From assembly GCA_028534125.1 (NCBI GenBank), contig CM052816.1, forward strand, positions 86,120,001-86,184,000: 64,000 nucleotides of DNA. The letters run 5' to 3'. Positions 52,561-64,000 of the stretch are shown here, piece by piece; the first letter of the stretch is position 1; every line of letters begins with the position of its first letter. Source of the stretch: Lama glama. Lineage: Eukaryota. The position numbers were made by a program, and so were the translations under genes. The notes beneath the pieces were generated by a model. It made no database searches. It was not told the origin of the DNA and saw nothing but the letters and a program-made list of their open reading frames with translations.

Positions 52561-53689
52561 TTATTATTTGACACGAAACTCCAATTCTTACTTTGAAATA
52601 TATGTAATCCCACAAAACCATAAAATATTGTTTTTTTATATATTTGAAGCAGATAACTCTTTAGTGTTATAGAAGTTTCTTTGTACTATTTTGCAAGTCT
52701 TTTCTAAAGTTTAAGTTCTTACTTCCTTGAGAACTTAGATTTATAGCATACTTACAAGTTTAACGTACTTAAATTTTTTTCTGGTCATGTAATGTGGTCA
52801 GACTATTAAAGGGACTTACTTTTAATTCATAGTCTAAACATTTTTTAAATACAAGCAAATCTTCACATACCAAAAACTATAGATTAAAATTTTCATAAAG
52901 CAACACTTTAACACCATCAAAATTCAAAAAATGAAAGCAGCAAAAAAAGCTGTAGTTTGGTCATTTTTTAAGCAAAATGCATTCAGATTTACTTGCATTC
53001 ATTAAAATAGTTCTAGACTTACAAAATATATTTTTTCAATAACATTGTAGTAAATGAGGTCAAATAATTAATTACTTACTAATTACCCTTAGAGAATCCC
53101 ACAAAGCATATTATGGCTTTTAACTCAACAGGATTTTAATATACCTTTAGCCCCAAAGAGTACTGTAATTCATATAACATTCAACCGAGGATTATGTGTT
53201 TTAAAACTTCATTAATATTAATTTAAAAAGGAACTCAGCATATTTGCTGCAGTGCTTGAAATACAAGCTATAATTTAAGTAACACAATATCATTATTTTC
53301 ATATATGTGCAATAATTATAGCTGGACATAAAAGAAATTAGTGACTATATACATTGCAAAGGGATTTTTAAACTAAAAATAAGTCAATTAATAACAGTAA
53401 TAGGAATAATAATGCAAATCTATTTAAACTGAAAGCCAGCAGATCCACACAGTACATATGTTTTAACTGATACATTTCTTATGGCGTTTCCTCAGATGAG
53501 GTAATTATATTCAGCCTTCAATATCCAATCAAGTTTTATTTCATAAGTCCTTTAGCCTGCTTTTCAATAGTAAGGCGGTCTTTCATTTTTATCAAGATGG
53601 TCAGGATTTTACTCAAAATTAGGATCAAGGATGTACGGGGACACCTGCTTGATCTCCATGGCTCCCACACTTGGAGCTGTATCCCAGGC

Positions 53690-54330
53690 TTTACAAACAC
53701 AGATGGCCGGCAGGATTTGACCAGTGGGCTATTTGCAGACCCCTAAGATAGTACATGTAACAGATTTAAGACAGTATCTGGCACACAATAAGCTCTCAAG
53801 AAACATCAACTGTTACTTATTAACAGTAATAGCACTACCTTAAAACCCTTCATGGCTTTCTTTACCATTGTTGCATCGAATAATAACTAAATGCCTGACC
53901 TGACCTACAAAGATATTAGTGATTTGGTTTTCATTCAGTCTCCTGACTACACATTCTGCCACTTCTCCTTGCCCATGACATGTACTAATACAACGACATT
54001 ACAACCAGACCAGTTGCCACATCTGCCTTTCCTTCCCATTGAGCATGGGTAACCTTCAATGTCAACGCATCAGTGAAATTTTCCCCCTGTCTCTATCAAA
54101 CATAGATCCTACCTATTATTTATCCTAGCATTTTTGTTTCCTTCTTGGTTTTTAAAACAATTACAGTTATTTCATCCAAATGTCTTTTCTCTTTGCTTGC
54201 TTGTATCTTCTACTGTATTTTAAGCTCCATGAGAGTAGGGGTCTCACATGTTTTATTTATCATTATTTTCCCAAAGTTATATAACAATGACCAGTGTAGC
54301 GTGATAATAGGTAAATATTTCTGGATTGTA
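53690..54330 (+). mobile_element. MER58 3' end, MIR 3' end and LINE-2 3' remnant in series
   Basis: 'ggatttgaccagtgggctatttgcagacccct'; 'acagtatctggcacacaataagctctcaa'; 'taagctccatgagagtagggg'. Confidence 0.6.
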
Positions 54331-55198
54331 AAGAAAACAAAAAACAAGTGAATCATACTTGCTTGTTTTAGGCTCATTCATTACTTTTTGTCTATATTGA
54401 AAAAAATTTATCTTTTTTGCATAAATTGATATTCCATTATTTGCATTATTTACTAAATTCGGTTTAAAGGCCAAAGAAGCATATACTTTAAATTCTTAAA
54501 GTGAACTCATAACTGGGAAATAATTATCACAAGATTTTTTTTCTTTTCCCCTGGTTCCAAAATAATGCATCATTTGTGAAAGACATTATTTGATTCTCAG
54601 TGCTTAAAATGCAATGATAAATTCTTTAATATCGGGATAAATTTTGTGCACGAAGAGGAATACACAGAACTACCTTTAAAAAAGTACTCTTTATAACATT
54701 ATGTAACTATTTTAAACCTTATTCATTAGGCTTCTAACTTATATCACACGATTTACACAACCAATAAAGCAACACAAAAGTATAAAATCATTTTTCCACT
54801 AAATATTTAAACATTAATTAACAATGTATTCAAATTATTTTCCCAAGTATCAAAGTAAAATTGTAAATCTAATAAGTCAAATTACATTGCATACCTTAGA
54901 TATAAACTCAAACAAAAACTTTTGATTTATTATCGTAATTGTAAAGGCAATCATCATACTTTTATGAAAACTGAGTTTCTAAATTTTGCTATGCTGAACT
55001 TAAATTAGGATTTTTTGAATCCTGTTTTCCTTCTGCTTTCCTTGTCCTGGATTAATATCACAACATTTTTGTAATTTATTCTGACACTCTTTCAAAATTT
55101 CCTGTGTTTATGAGAATTTACTTGGTGCAAACAGGAAAAAAAAGATCTGTATCAGACTGGAGAAGTCTGTAAGAGCTGTGTGGGTGACATTGATTCTT

Positions 55199-56004
55199 TT
55201 CTTTTTTTAATTGAAGTATAACTAATTTACAATATTGTGTTGGTTTCAGGTGTGCAGCATAGTGACTCAGTATTTTTGCAGATTATATTCTGTTGTATGT
55301 TATTACAAGATAATGGGTATAATTCCCTGTGCTATGCAGTATATCCTTGTTGCTTTCTATTTTAATATAGTAGTTTGAATCTGTTAATACCATACCCCTA
55401 ATTTGTCCCTCTCCTCTTCCCTCCCTCCTTTAATAACCACAAGTTTGCTGTCTACATCTGTGAGTCTGTTTCTGTTTTGCATATTATATATTCACTTGTA
55501 TTATTTTTTAGATTCCACATATAAGTGATATCATACGGTATTGCCTTTCTCTGTCTGACTTATTTCACTAAGTATAATATTCTCTTGGTCCATCCACATT
55601 ACTGCAAATGGCAGTATTTATTTGTTATGTCTGAGTAATATTCCATTGTGTGTGTTTGTGTGTGTGTGTGTGTATGCACATACATATAAATCTTCTCAAT
55701 CCAGTCATCTGTTGATGGATACTAGTGTTGCTTCCTTGTCTTGACGATTATAAATAGTGCTACTATGAACATTAGAGTCCATGTATTCTTTTCAAATTAA
55801 TGTTTCACTTTTTTTCTTGATATAGACCCAGGAGTGGAATCGCTGGATCATGTGTAGGTCTGTTTTTAGATTTTAAAGAATTTCTATGTTGTCTTCCATA
55901 GTGGCTACCCCAATCTACATTCCTACCAACAGTGTAGGAGGTTACCCTCTTTTCCCCAACCTCTCCAACATTTGTTATGTATAGACTTTTTTATGACAGC
56001 CACT
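55199..56004 (-). mobile_element. 5'-truncated LINE-1 3' end
   Basis: T-run, L1 3'UTR and ORF2 C-terminal motifs; TSD cattgattctt (55188-55198) / cactgattctt (56005-56015); internal (TG)n. Confidence 0.9.
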
Positions 56005-56959
56005 CACTGATTCTTGAATTGAACCTAATATTTAGTTGTCTAGTCCAGGGAGATCCAAATCTTAGCCAGTGACCATTCATCTATGCCTTCTTTCTATTTT
56101 AATAGTTAATTTTCTCTTGATATGGTATGGAGTTTTATACCTTTTCTTTCATAGTGTTTTAATTTGATTAAACCTGGTTTTCTCAGAAATGGTGTTGTAT
56201 TTATTTATTTATTTGACTTCATATGGTCAGCATTATTTAACACAGTATCCCAGGATTATAATGTAATTTTTTGGAACATTGATGTAATTGAAAACCCACA
56301 GTAAATCTTATTAGAGCCTCATAATTAAGTAGCATCACCTAGAATTGTTATCTGCCAAGAGATGAAAGATTGAGTCTGCTCATTTAGCTGTTAGGGATAT
56401 AAGTCTAATTTATTATCTTGAAACATACCATTGAGCACTCTATGTATAGATAAAACATGCTGAGAATTAAAATAGTGTCCTTCATCCTGTCCTTCCTTCC
56501 ACAAAATGTAGCCATAATAGTTTACACACTGAATAATGATCTAAACAAATTTTTTCTTTAATTTGGCTCTTTTACTATTTACCCCTCATATCTAAATAAT
56601 GTACTATATTGTTTCTTCTTAATTTTTATTAAGCAGTTATGGTATCTTCAGCTTACCACAATGGGCACCAGATTGTTCTCATCTTTTACCACCCTCGCAC
56701 TCCTCACACATTATTATGGCTAAGTAAAGGTCATTTACAGCCAAGCCATGTAGCATACTATGAATATTTCTGATTCCTGAAACATTTTTTTCTGAGTTAA
56801 TAATTGCTGTACTCATTCGCTTGCTTAGTTTCTGCGTGCTCGTTGTTATTCTAATCCCAAACTCTTCATCAGTTCTATCTCTTCTCAGTGTGAAGAAACA
56901 CATCAGACAATCCATAAACTTCCTCCTAAGTTAAGTGCTTTGAACAATGTCTGAAATAG

Positions 56960-57364
56960 AATAAAAATAAAGCATGTTATAGCCATAAAATGGAATACTT
57001 TCATCCATGTAAATTAATGAAGTATTAATACATGCTGTGATATGGATAAACCTTAAAGACCCTGTGCCAGGCAAAAGAAGCGAGGCATTTGTATGATTCC
57101 ATTTATAGGAAATAGCCAGAAGAGATAAAGCTACGGTAGCAGAGAGTAAAGTAGTGGTTTCCATGGTCTAAGAAGGATGGGAGGAATGGGAAGGGACTCC
57201 TATTGGGTACAAAGTTTCTTTTTGCAGTGATTAAAAAAAAAGTTCTGATGTTAATTGTGGTGACGGTTGTGAACTTTGTTAAGTATACTAAGAAACACTG
57301 GACTTTGCTCTCTAAAAAGATAAATTGTGGTACAGTAATTATATCCTAGTTTTTTTTAAAAAAA
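56960..57364 (+). mobile_element. L1MB-like 3'UTR remnant
   Basis: 'aatggaatact..atggataaacctt..tgtatgattccatttatagg..attgggtacaaagtttctttt..gtggtgacggttg'. Confidence 0.8.
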
Positions 57365-59479
57365 GAAGAAACATCACCATGGACTCCTGGGAAAGGCGAA
57401 TGTCAGAGGTTAACATAGCAAAGAAGGTAGCTGGCTTCCTTCCACCTAAAGCCAAAAATCCATTAGAGCAAATGCTTAGGGCTTTTTAACAGACAATCAA
57501 GTTTTATTTTGGGAAGGACAACATGAGGTGAGGTATTTGAATTCTCAATATTTTTCTACTGTGTTTCAATTCTACAGTCATTCAATGACTGCCTATTATA
57601 GGTCTGACATTGTCTTACACTGTGAGAGTTCCAATGGGGAATTCAGTTTCATCTTCAATGAATTAAATTTAATTACTTGTATTTTTTTTTTTACAAATAG
57701 TAAGTTTATTTAGAGACTTCTAGCCATAGAGAAGTCCATTACATTGTCATATGAGGTATCAGGTTAATACTTTCAGAAGCTCTAATAAGAATTGTTTTTG
57801 TATATTTAACATTAGCTTTCATTTTCTAACCACAAGCCTCAGCTCTCTATGTGAAGACATATCCTGACTCTTCACGTATAAAATAAAATCTGAACACACT
57901 TCAGATTTACTTGCCATGATCATGTAAGTTAGGTTTAAACATTCCAAATTCTTCTTGCCATTCATATGGATTGATTTTTGCTCTGTAAGCACTTTGAAAT
58001 GAAGCAGTTAATCACACCACATTGTACTACTGAGCTGATCAGCATAGAATGAAATAAATCTCCTTGTATATATTATCACAAAATTTTTAAAAATTATCTT
58101 CAGAGAGAGATAGAGGGAGAGAAAGAGATAGAGATCAAACTATGAAATTAGAAAGTCAAAAACTATTTCTAAAATTTCTCACAGTAACTCCACCATCAAT
58201 TATAATAGACACTATTACCTCATGTAACACAAAGAAAATTTTACTGCAAAGAAATTATAACAAACATCTCAATTTTAGATATGTTAAAATGTTACAACGT
58301 GTGCAAATAAGTGTTGATAAAATGAGGTTCCTAGATTTTTTAAATGTAAATAACTTCAGCATTTTCATCTTTTTCCCCTTGAGGTGTGTAGAACAGGTGC
58401 TGAATTTATTTTCTGAATAATCTTAAACTGTCATTGAAATAGAAGAAGTATTAGCTGAGTACACAAGTAGCAAAAGGAGGAAATGATTACTTCTGACTGA
58501 GGTGGGCAGGTAGGTCAAAAAAAAAAAAAGGTTTTAAAAATAGAAAATATTTAACCTGAGAGATAGCAATAGAAAGTCTTTCCAAGGCTGAGGGAACTTC
58601 AGCAAAGTCAGGGAGATATGAACAGATTGATGCACTCAGAAGAACACAGACCATTTAGTATTCCTGCAGCATAAACTCAAAGTGGAATAGTCAGAAAAAA
58701 AGATTATCTAATAACAGATTGAATGGTGAACTCTCCAAACAAATGACCAGGAAGGCAAAGCCTGAGGGTTCAGTAATCCTACAGTGTTTATCTCAAAAAG
58801 GCTAAGAGTAAAAAAGAAAGCATCTAATAAATACGATTTTAATTTGTGTTACTCTTCAAACATGTGTATGGGTGATTTTATAAAAATTGATTTTCCCAAT
58901 AAATGGTTAGAATAAATTTCTTTTTTGAATTAATAGTTATGGCAAACACTAATGACTAGCCAATTAAAAATAATCTCGGAGTCTCAGTTGCAGTAGCTTT
59001 CTGCTCTCTGCTTCTGTAGGAAGTCTAATTCATACAAATGTCCCTATTAGTGTGAAAAACTTATAATAAATTAATAATTAAACTAGGAAAGTACAGTATC
59101 TACAAAGAAGGTACAAAATTCAAAGATTAGTGTCAGCACACACTTTATTGATGAAATGTTTTATTTGTTTTGCTAGTCAAAAATGTTTTTTTCTGAATAT
59201 GTTTAATATAATTGAGAAGTTTATAATTATAGCTCAATAATAAAATAGCTCTCTAAACAGAAGGAAACATTGGTTTATATATAAATAGTATATTTAGATT
59301 CAAGAATACACACTATCGATGCCATATTCTAAAGAAGTAACATAGTATAGATAAATACTGTAAGTGGAAGGGAAAAACTAAAGAAGTACACCTGAGTTTC
59401 CTGCATCAAGCAGTTAAGTAGTTGTGGCATATTGAGAAACTTGTGAGATCTATAAATAATTGAGATGCAGTTCACCAGT

Positions 59480-62400
59480 CATGTTCCCTTCAAGATGCTG
59501 GAAATTCAAATAGGGTAATTAGAGGAGAAGGTTATAAAGTTACTTTTTACATAAGTTTGGGTAGTATTCAGGAATACCAAAATAATAATGCAATACTCTG
59601 GAACTAATAGCAAGGAAAAAAACATTCACTTTTCTAATCCTGAAGGATCAAGGAGAAGGATCAATTGTTCAAAAATGCAGAGGATGGGGAACGGCCCAAC
59701 ACAGCCACCAAATAGCATTGTGTCTTCAAGGAATCCAGCAAAATACATATCCAAAGTTCACAGTCTTCTAGCTCTCAGATCTCTTACTGATGATTTTTTT
59801 TCCTCCTGGATGTACACAACCAGATGGTGAAGTCTAGAGAAGTCACTGGGGTAGTCTATACGCATCAGCTTCCTAGAGCACATGGCAGTGTACAGAATGT
59901 AAGAGAAAGCCTTTAGATAGGCAAAGCAAAGATATCCAGGTGAGAGAACCCATTTCCCCCAACCTCCCATGTGCATGTGCTCTTCTCTTTTACTCGGGTG
60001 AAAAGCTTGCATCCTCAGCACTGGTAGTTTGTAACTTCCTTCTCACCAAGTCCAAATAGCATCATGTCTAAAGTACAGAGCACCAGAAAATGGTTGGAGG
60101 GATATCAGGACAATTTAAGCAAGCTCAAAACTAATTACGACAAGGAACAAGACAGTTGTCACAGCTCTAGGCAAATCAATGAAGGCAGAGTAAGATAAAC
60201 AGTATTTTATTATATTGTGTGGGGACAGAAATAGGGATTTCCATTTGGTTCCTAGGTAGAAGATTCTGTAGAGGTTTTGCCAATTATTAAGTGTGTCTAT
60301 TCTCACTATGCATTCTGGAAATGAAAAATTAACCCTGGAATGAATCTGTAGTCCCATTGGACCCACTGTAAGAAAGAGTCACACTAAGACCCCCTCAGAC
60401 ACCAGAAACCTCCATTCTGTGCAGACCTGGTAAATTACAAAAGTCCAGTTATTAGCGTCAATTCAGAGGCAGTCCATAAACGTCAAAAATGTTTGGATAT
60501 TCTTAAATTTTTTTCTTTCCTTGCACATCTGTTATCCTGTTAAAAGTCTGAAATTTCTTCCGTGAAAATTTTTGGGGAAGATTTATGCTAGAATCATGTG
60601 TCATTTTTTAAGACCTTCTTCAAGGCACCCAGACTTCTCCTTCAAGTGAGGACCAGTGAGTCTATGAATTGGCATAGTTCTGGCAGGTGAGTTAGCTTTG
60701 TGTCCTGCAACTATAGAGTTTTTCTGCTAATATATGTCATGCAGCCCCGTAGTAGTCTGTCAGCCTAAATTATCCCTGGGGAGACCTATGCTTTGTTAAC
60801 TATCACTGCAGATTTCTGCATATGAAAACATTTGTATCACTACTTATATGTTGAGATGTATTAAGATATTTGAATCCACCTTGTCTCTAAAGGTCAAGCA
60901 CCACTGACTGCCTTCAGAAATCTGAGACTGCAGTTTTCCATTGAGATTTACAGGACCTGAGGTAACTGCAGTATCCTTTGCCATAAACTTAAGCCAACAG
61001 GCGATGGCCATACACAGGCCTTTAAGAATGCCAGTGCCCTTCTTATCAAGGCCTTTCTTAATACGTAATGGAAGAGTAATCTTTAGACTTTTGGAGAGCT
61101 CATGTTTAAAGTCTGTCTGTTCACAGTACTTACAATATTTCAATTCCAGCATCACAATCCAGATGAAACGTCTGACTGCTTCCTACACATACACCCAAGG
61201 AGGTTCTGATATTTCAACCACGTTGCTAATGTTTGCAGTTTCCTGTTGTGTATAGGCTTCAATGAATCAAAGTAGCTGCTAACTACTAACATCTTTCTGA
61301 GGTACTGAATCCAAACATTATATGCTAAGTTTCAAGTAAGGACACTTTATAGACAGATTGGGTAGCATCTTTTTTTTTTTTTTAATTTCATCCTCCTTTG
61401 TCTAGCACCCTCAGCATGCCTGTCATTCCCAGACATGCTTGCCAGATTTACATCAATTAAAGCAGGTGAAATTCTGTAACTTCTCTATGTATAGACTGAA
61501 CCAACTTTGTTCTCAGTTGTTATGTTGAAACTGCTCCTATGGCACTGAAAACAATGAAGGGCATTTAATACGGCTTCTGCAGAGTAAACTAACCCCAAGT
61601 CCATATAAGGAAAATCTTTTATGAAGGAAGTCCGGTTTCCTCAGAAAGGGTTAGACGTTGTGCCTCCACTAGCAAGGGGGAACCCTGAAGTATGTGGGGG
61701 AGAAGCAGTCTAAATTTCTCAGTTGTGTCAGTATCTTCCCAATTTTCCCTATCCCGCATCTCAGAGACCTGTTCTTTCCCCACCACTGCTCAGAGTTGAA
61801 TGGTTTATTGACGCTTCTACCCTGCAGATCTCACATCAGGTTCTGGTGGTTGGTCCTCAGTCATACTTCTTCAGCTTTATCTCTATAGCTGAAGAATATA
61901 AGGAACCCTTAAGTCTAGCTAAGAATTTCTAAACTTCCATTTGTTAACTGAGTTAGATATTCATGCCTTAATTTTGTTCTTTTACTTGAGGATACTCTCT
62001 AGTGCCCTTAGGAGTTGCCAGGTGAAATAAAAATCTTTATATTCATTGTCAGCAAAAAATACAAAATTCCAAAGATACTTTATCTCTCAGAGTCTAGTCT
62101 TTGTTTCTTTCCGTGCTAGTACCTGTAACAGTTTGAGAATCTTGATGCCACTACTTCACACAATTTACTAGTGTCCAATTTCCCCTGGAAACCATTTCAC
62201 CCACGGGCTTTTCAATATATATGCAATTCAGTGTTAGAACCCTGTATCTAAGGTTTGTTTCCTGGAGTCATTTCATGTACCAATTACTATTTAAGTTAGG
62301 GCTCACCAGGAGTAAGATGGAACGTTAAAATTGTTGCTTTGGAATGTTTAATAAACTAAATCTTTTATAAAAGTGTGTACATGGCTTAAGGAATAAAAAT

Positions 62401-63006
62401 AAGGGGCAAAGGGGACTGACATAGAACCCTTGAGCCTGCGATATGTTCAGGCATTTTTAATAACTGCTTTTCCAGAAAAACAAAAACGAAAATACCCTAA
62501 TTTGTAGGTATACTATTTCCATAATGTAAATACTCTCATCATGGCTTATTTCAAGCTGTCAATATGACCTCAGTGACCAGACTGCAAAGCAATGCCTACA
62601 GTTGGACCTCATGAGCTGGTAAGAGCCATCTCCAGCTCTAGCACACCCACACCATCGCCTGAGGCCCGCAACAGCAGAGTGTACCACCACCCTTAGGCCA
62701 GCAAAGACATGGGGTGTTAGAGGTTACTCCAACTCAGAGGTGGTAGCTGCTGGAGAAGGACATCTAGCATGGCTGTTGCAGTCAAGCCATTGAGTCCCGC
62801 GTAGAGGACTACCTGTGGAAATAAGTAGCCTGATAATTCTCCTTCAGCCTGTTATTCTCCCGTCAGTGTTCCACATTGATTGAACCTAACGGGAAACCCC
62901 AGGTCAAAGGCATCCTAGATATAACATATAGAGGCCAGTCTCCCATTCACAGCAAGCAGAAAAAGTGGAGAGTCAATACGGAGGGTCAAACTGAAGATAT
63001 CTAACA
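59480..63006 (-). mobile_element. Degraded, internally deleted ERVL-class provirus (LTR33/LTR41-like LTRs, gag-pro remnant)
   Basis: 5' LTR ~62290-63006 starting 'tgttagatatcttcagtttgacc'; internal start 'ttggtacatgaaatgactccagg'; protease remnants SELTLI (~60450-60470) and GPMGL..PECIVRIDTLNNWQN; probable 3' LTR piece ~59480-59900. Confidence 0.75.
62440..62652. mobile_element. MER63-like hAT MITE inside the ERVL LTR
   Basis: 'taataactgctttt..aatttgtag..gtaaatactctcatcatggcttatttcaagct..gagctggtaagagcc..ctccagc..gcacacccac'. Confidence 0.65.
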
Positions 63007-63519
63007 ATTAGTTTTTTTCTTTTGTCTTACCTACTTCAGAGTTGGTTGTGGGTACTAAGTATATTTTTTCTATAGCTTTTAAAAAATATATTATTCGCAT
63101 AATTATCTGAGCTACAGTTAGTTGAAATAATAACTTACCCTATTTTTTATTACCTAAAGCAAGTAGAAGTGTTATCCAATTGTGACTGAAATTTTGGATG
63201 CTTGTCTGTCACAGGATCCTGAATGCTTGTGTACACATAGTAAATATTTTTTAAAACAGAAACTGTCCATAAGGATCTCACAACACATGTGATGGTAATA
63301 TTACTGTGCATATTGTCGTCTCATTGTCATTGGAATAAAGACAAACTTACTTCATGTAAGTCTCCAAACTAGATCTTCACATTCTTATTCAGGACTCATA
63401 TTTTTCAGCAAGAAAGATATAATTAAATCTCAAATCATGTAAATTTCCATTTTTTTCCCTCCAATTCTTCCCATTGGTCTTTATTTCATCTTTCTAGACT
63501 GAGCTGAAGTCCAAACTGC

Positions 63520-64000
63520 TCCATGTGAATTTTTTTCCACTCCCTAGTCCTCTGGCAACACTCGCTTTTCTACTCCATTTCTATGAGAATGATTTTTTTT
63601 AAGAGTCCACATGTAAGTAATACCATGCAGTATTTATCTTTCTCTGTCTGGCTTATTTCATTTAGCAAATTCCCTTCTAGTTTCATCTATGTTGTTGCAA
63701 AAGACAGAATTTCCTTCTTTTTAAGGCTGTATAATATTCTATCATATATAATATCTATCTATTACATTCTCTTTATCTGTTCATCCATCAACAGACACTT
63801 AAGACTGTTTTGATACCTTGGCCATTATGAATAACGCTGCAATGAACATGGGAGTACAGATACCTCTTTGTGATAATGATTTTCCTCTTTTGGACATATT
63901 CCTGAAAATGGGATTACTGGATCATGGTAATTCTATTTTTAATTTCTTGAGGAACCTCTGTACTGTTTTCTACAGTGGCTGTACCAGTTTACATTTTCAC
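63520..64000 (-). mobile_element. L1MA-like 3' region, cut by window edge
   Basis: 'ccacatgtaagt..ttctctgtctggcttatttca..gctgcaatgaacatgggagtacagatac..gaggaacctc'. Confidence 0.9.

Noticed and set aside
56679..56915. ORF with 'LAVNDLYLAI' resembling the olfactory receptor MAYDRYVAIC motif
   Set aside because: No transmembrane segments or other receptor motifs nearby
57379..57489. 36-codon ORF with strong Kozak context (accATGG)
   Set aside because: No homology, promoter or transcript evidence; length expected by chance

Overview
AT-rich, repeat-saturated mammalian DNA. A tRNA-Ala-like Vic-1-type SINE at 5872-6048 points to a camelid (alpaca, llama or camel); this is inference. I recognise no host protein-coding gene. 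The ORF-track entries with recognisable homology are decayed LINE-1 ORF1/ORF2 or ERVL gag/pro fragments, and the rest look like chance ORFs. The first ~14.5 kb is rich in solo and nested LTRs. 18.8-26.4 kb and 39.5-43.5 kb are LINE-1 dominated and include two young L1 copies with clean target-site duplications (TSDs), one spanning a 500-N gap that is probably much too small. 59.5-63 kb is a degraded ERVL-class provirus. The most unusual items are two tailless small-RNA retrocopies: a tRNA-Glu(CTC) 5' half ending at the anticodon inside a perfect 17-bp TSD, and a U2 snRNA 5' fragment. I find no convincing evidence of a new biological system. Repeat family names come from recalled consensus sequences, and boundaries without a TSD are approximate.
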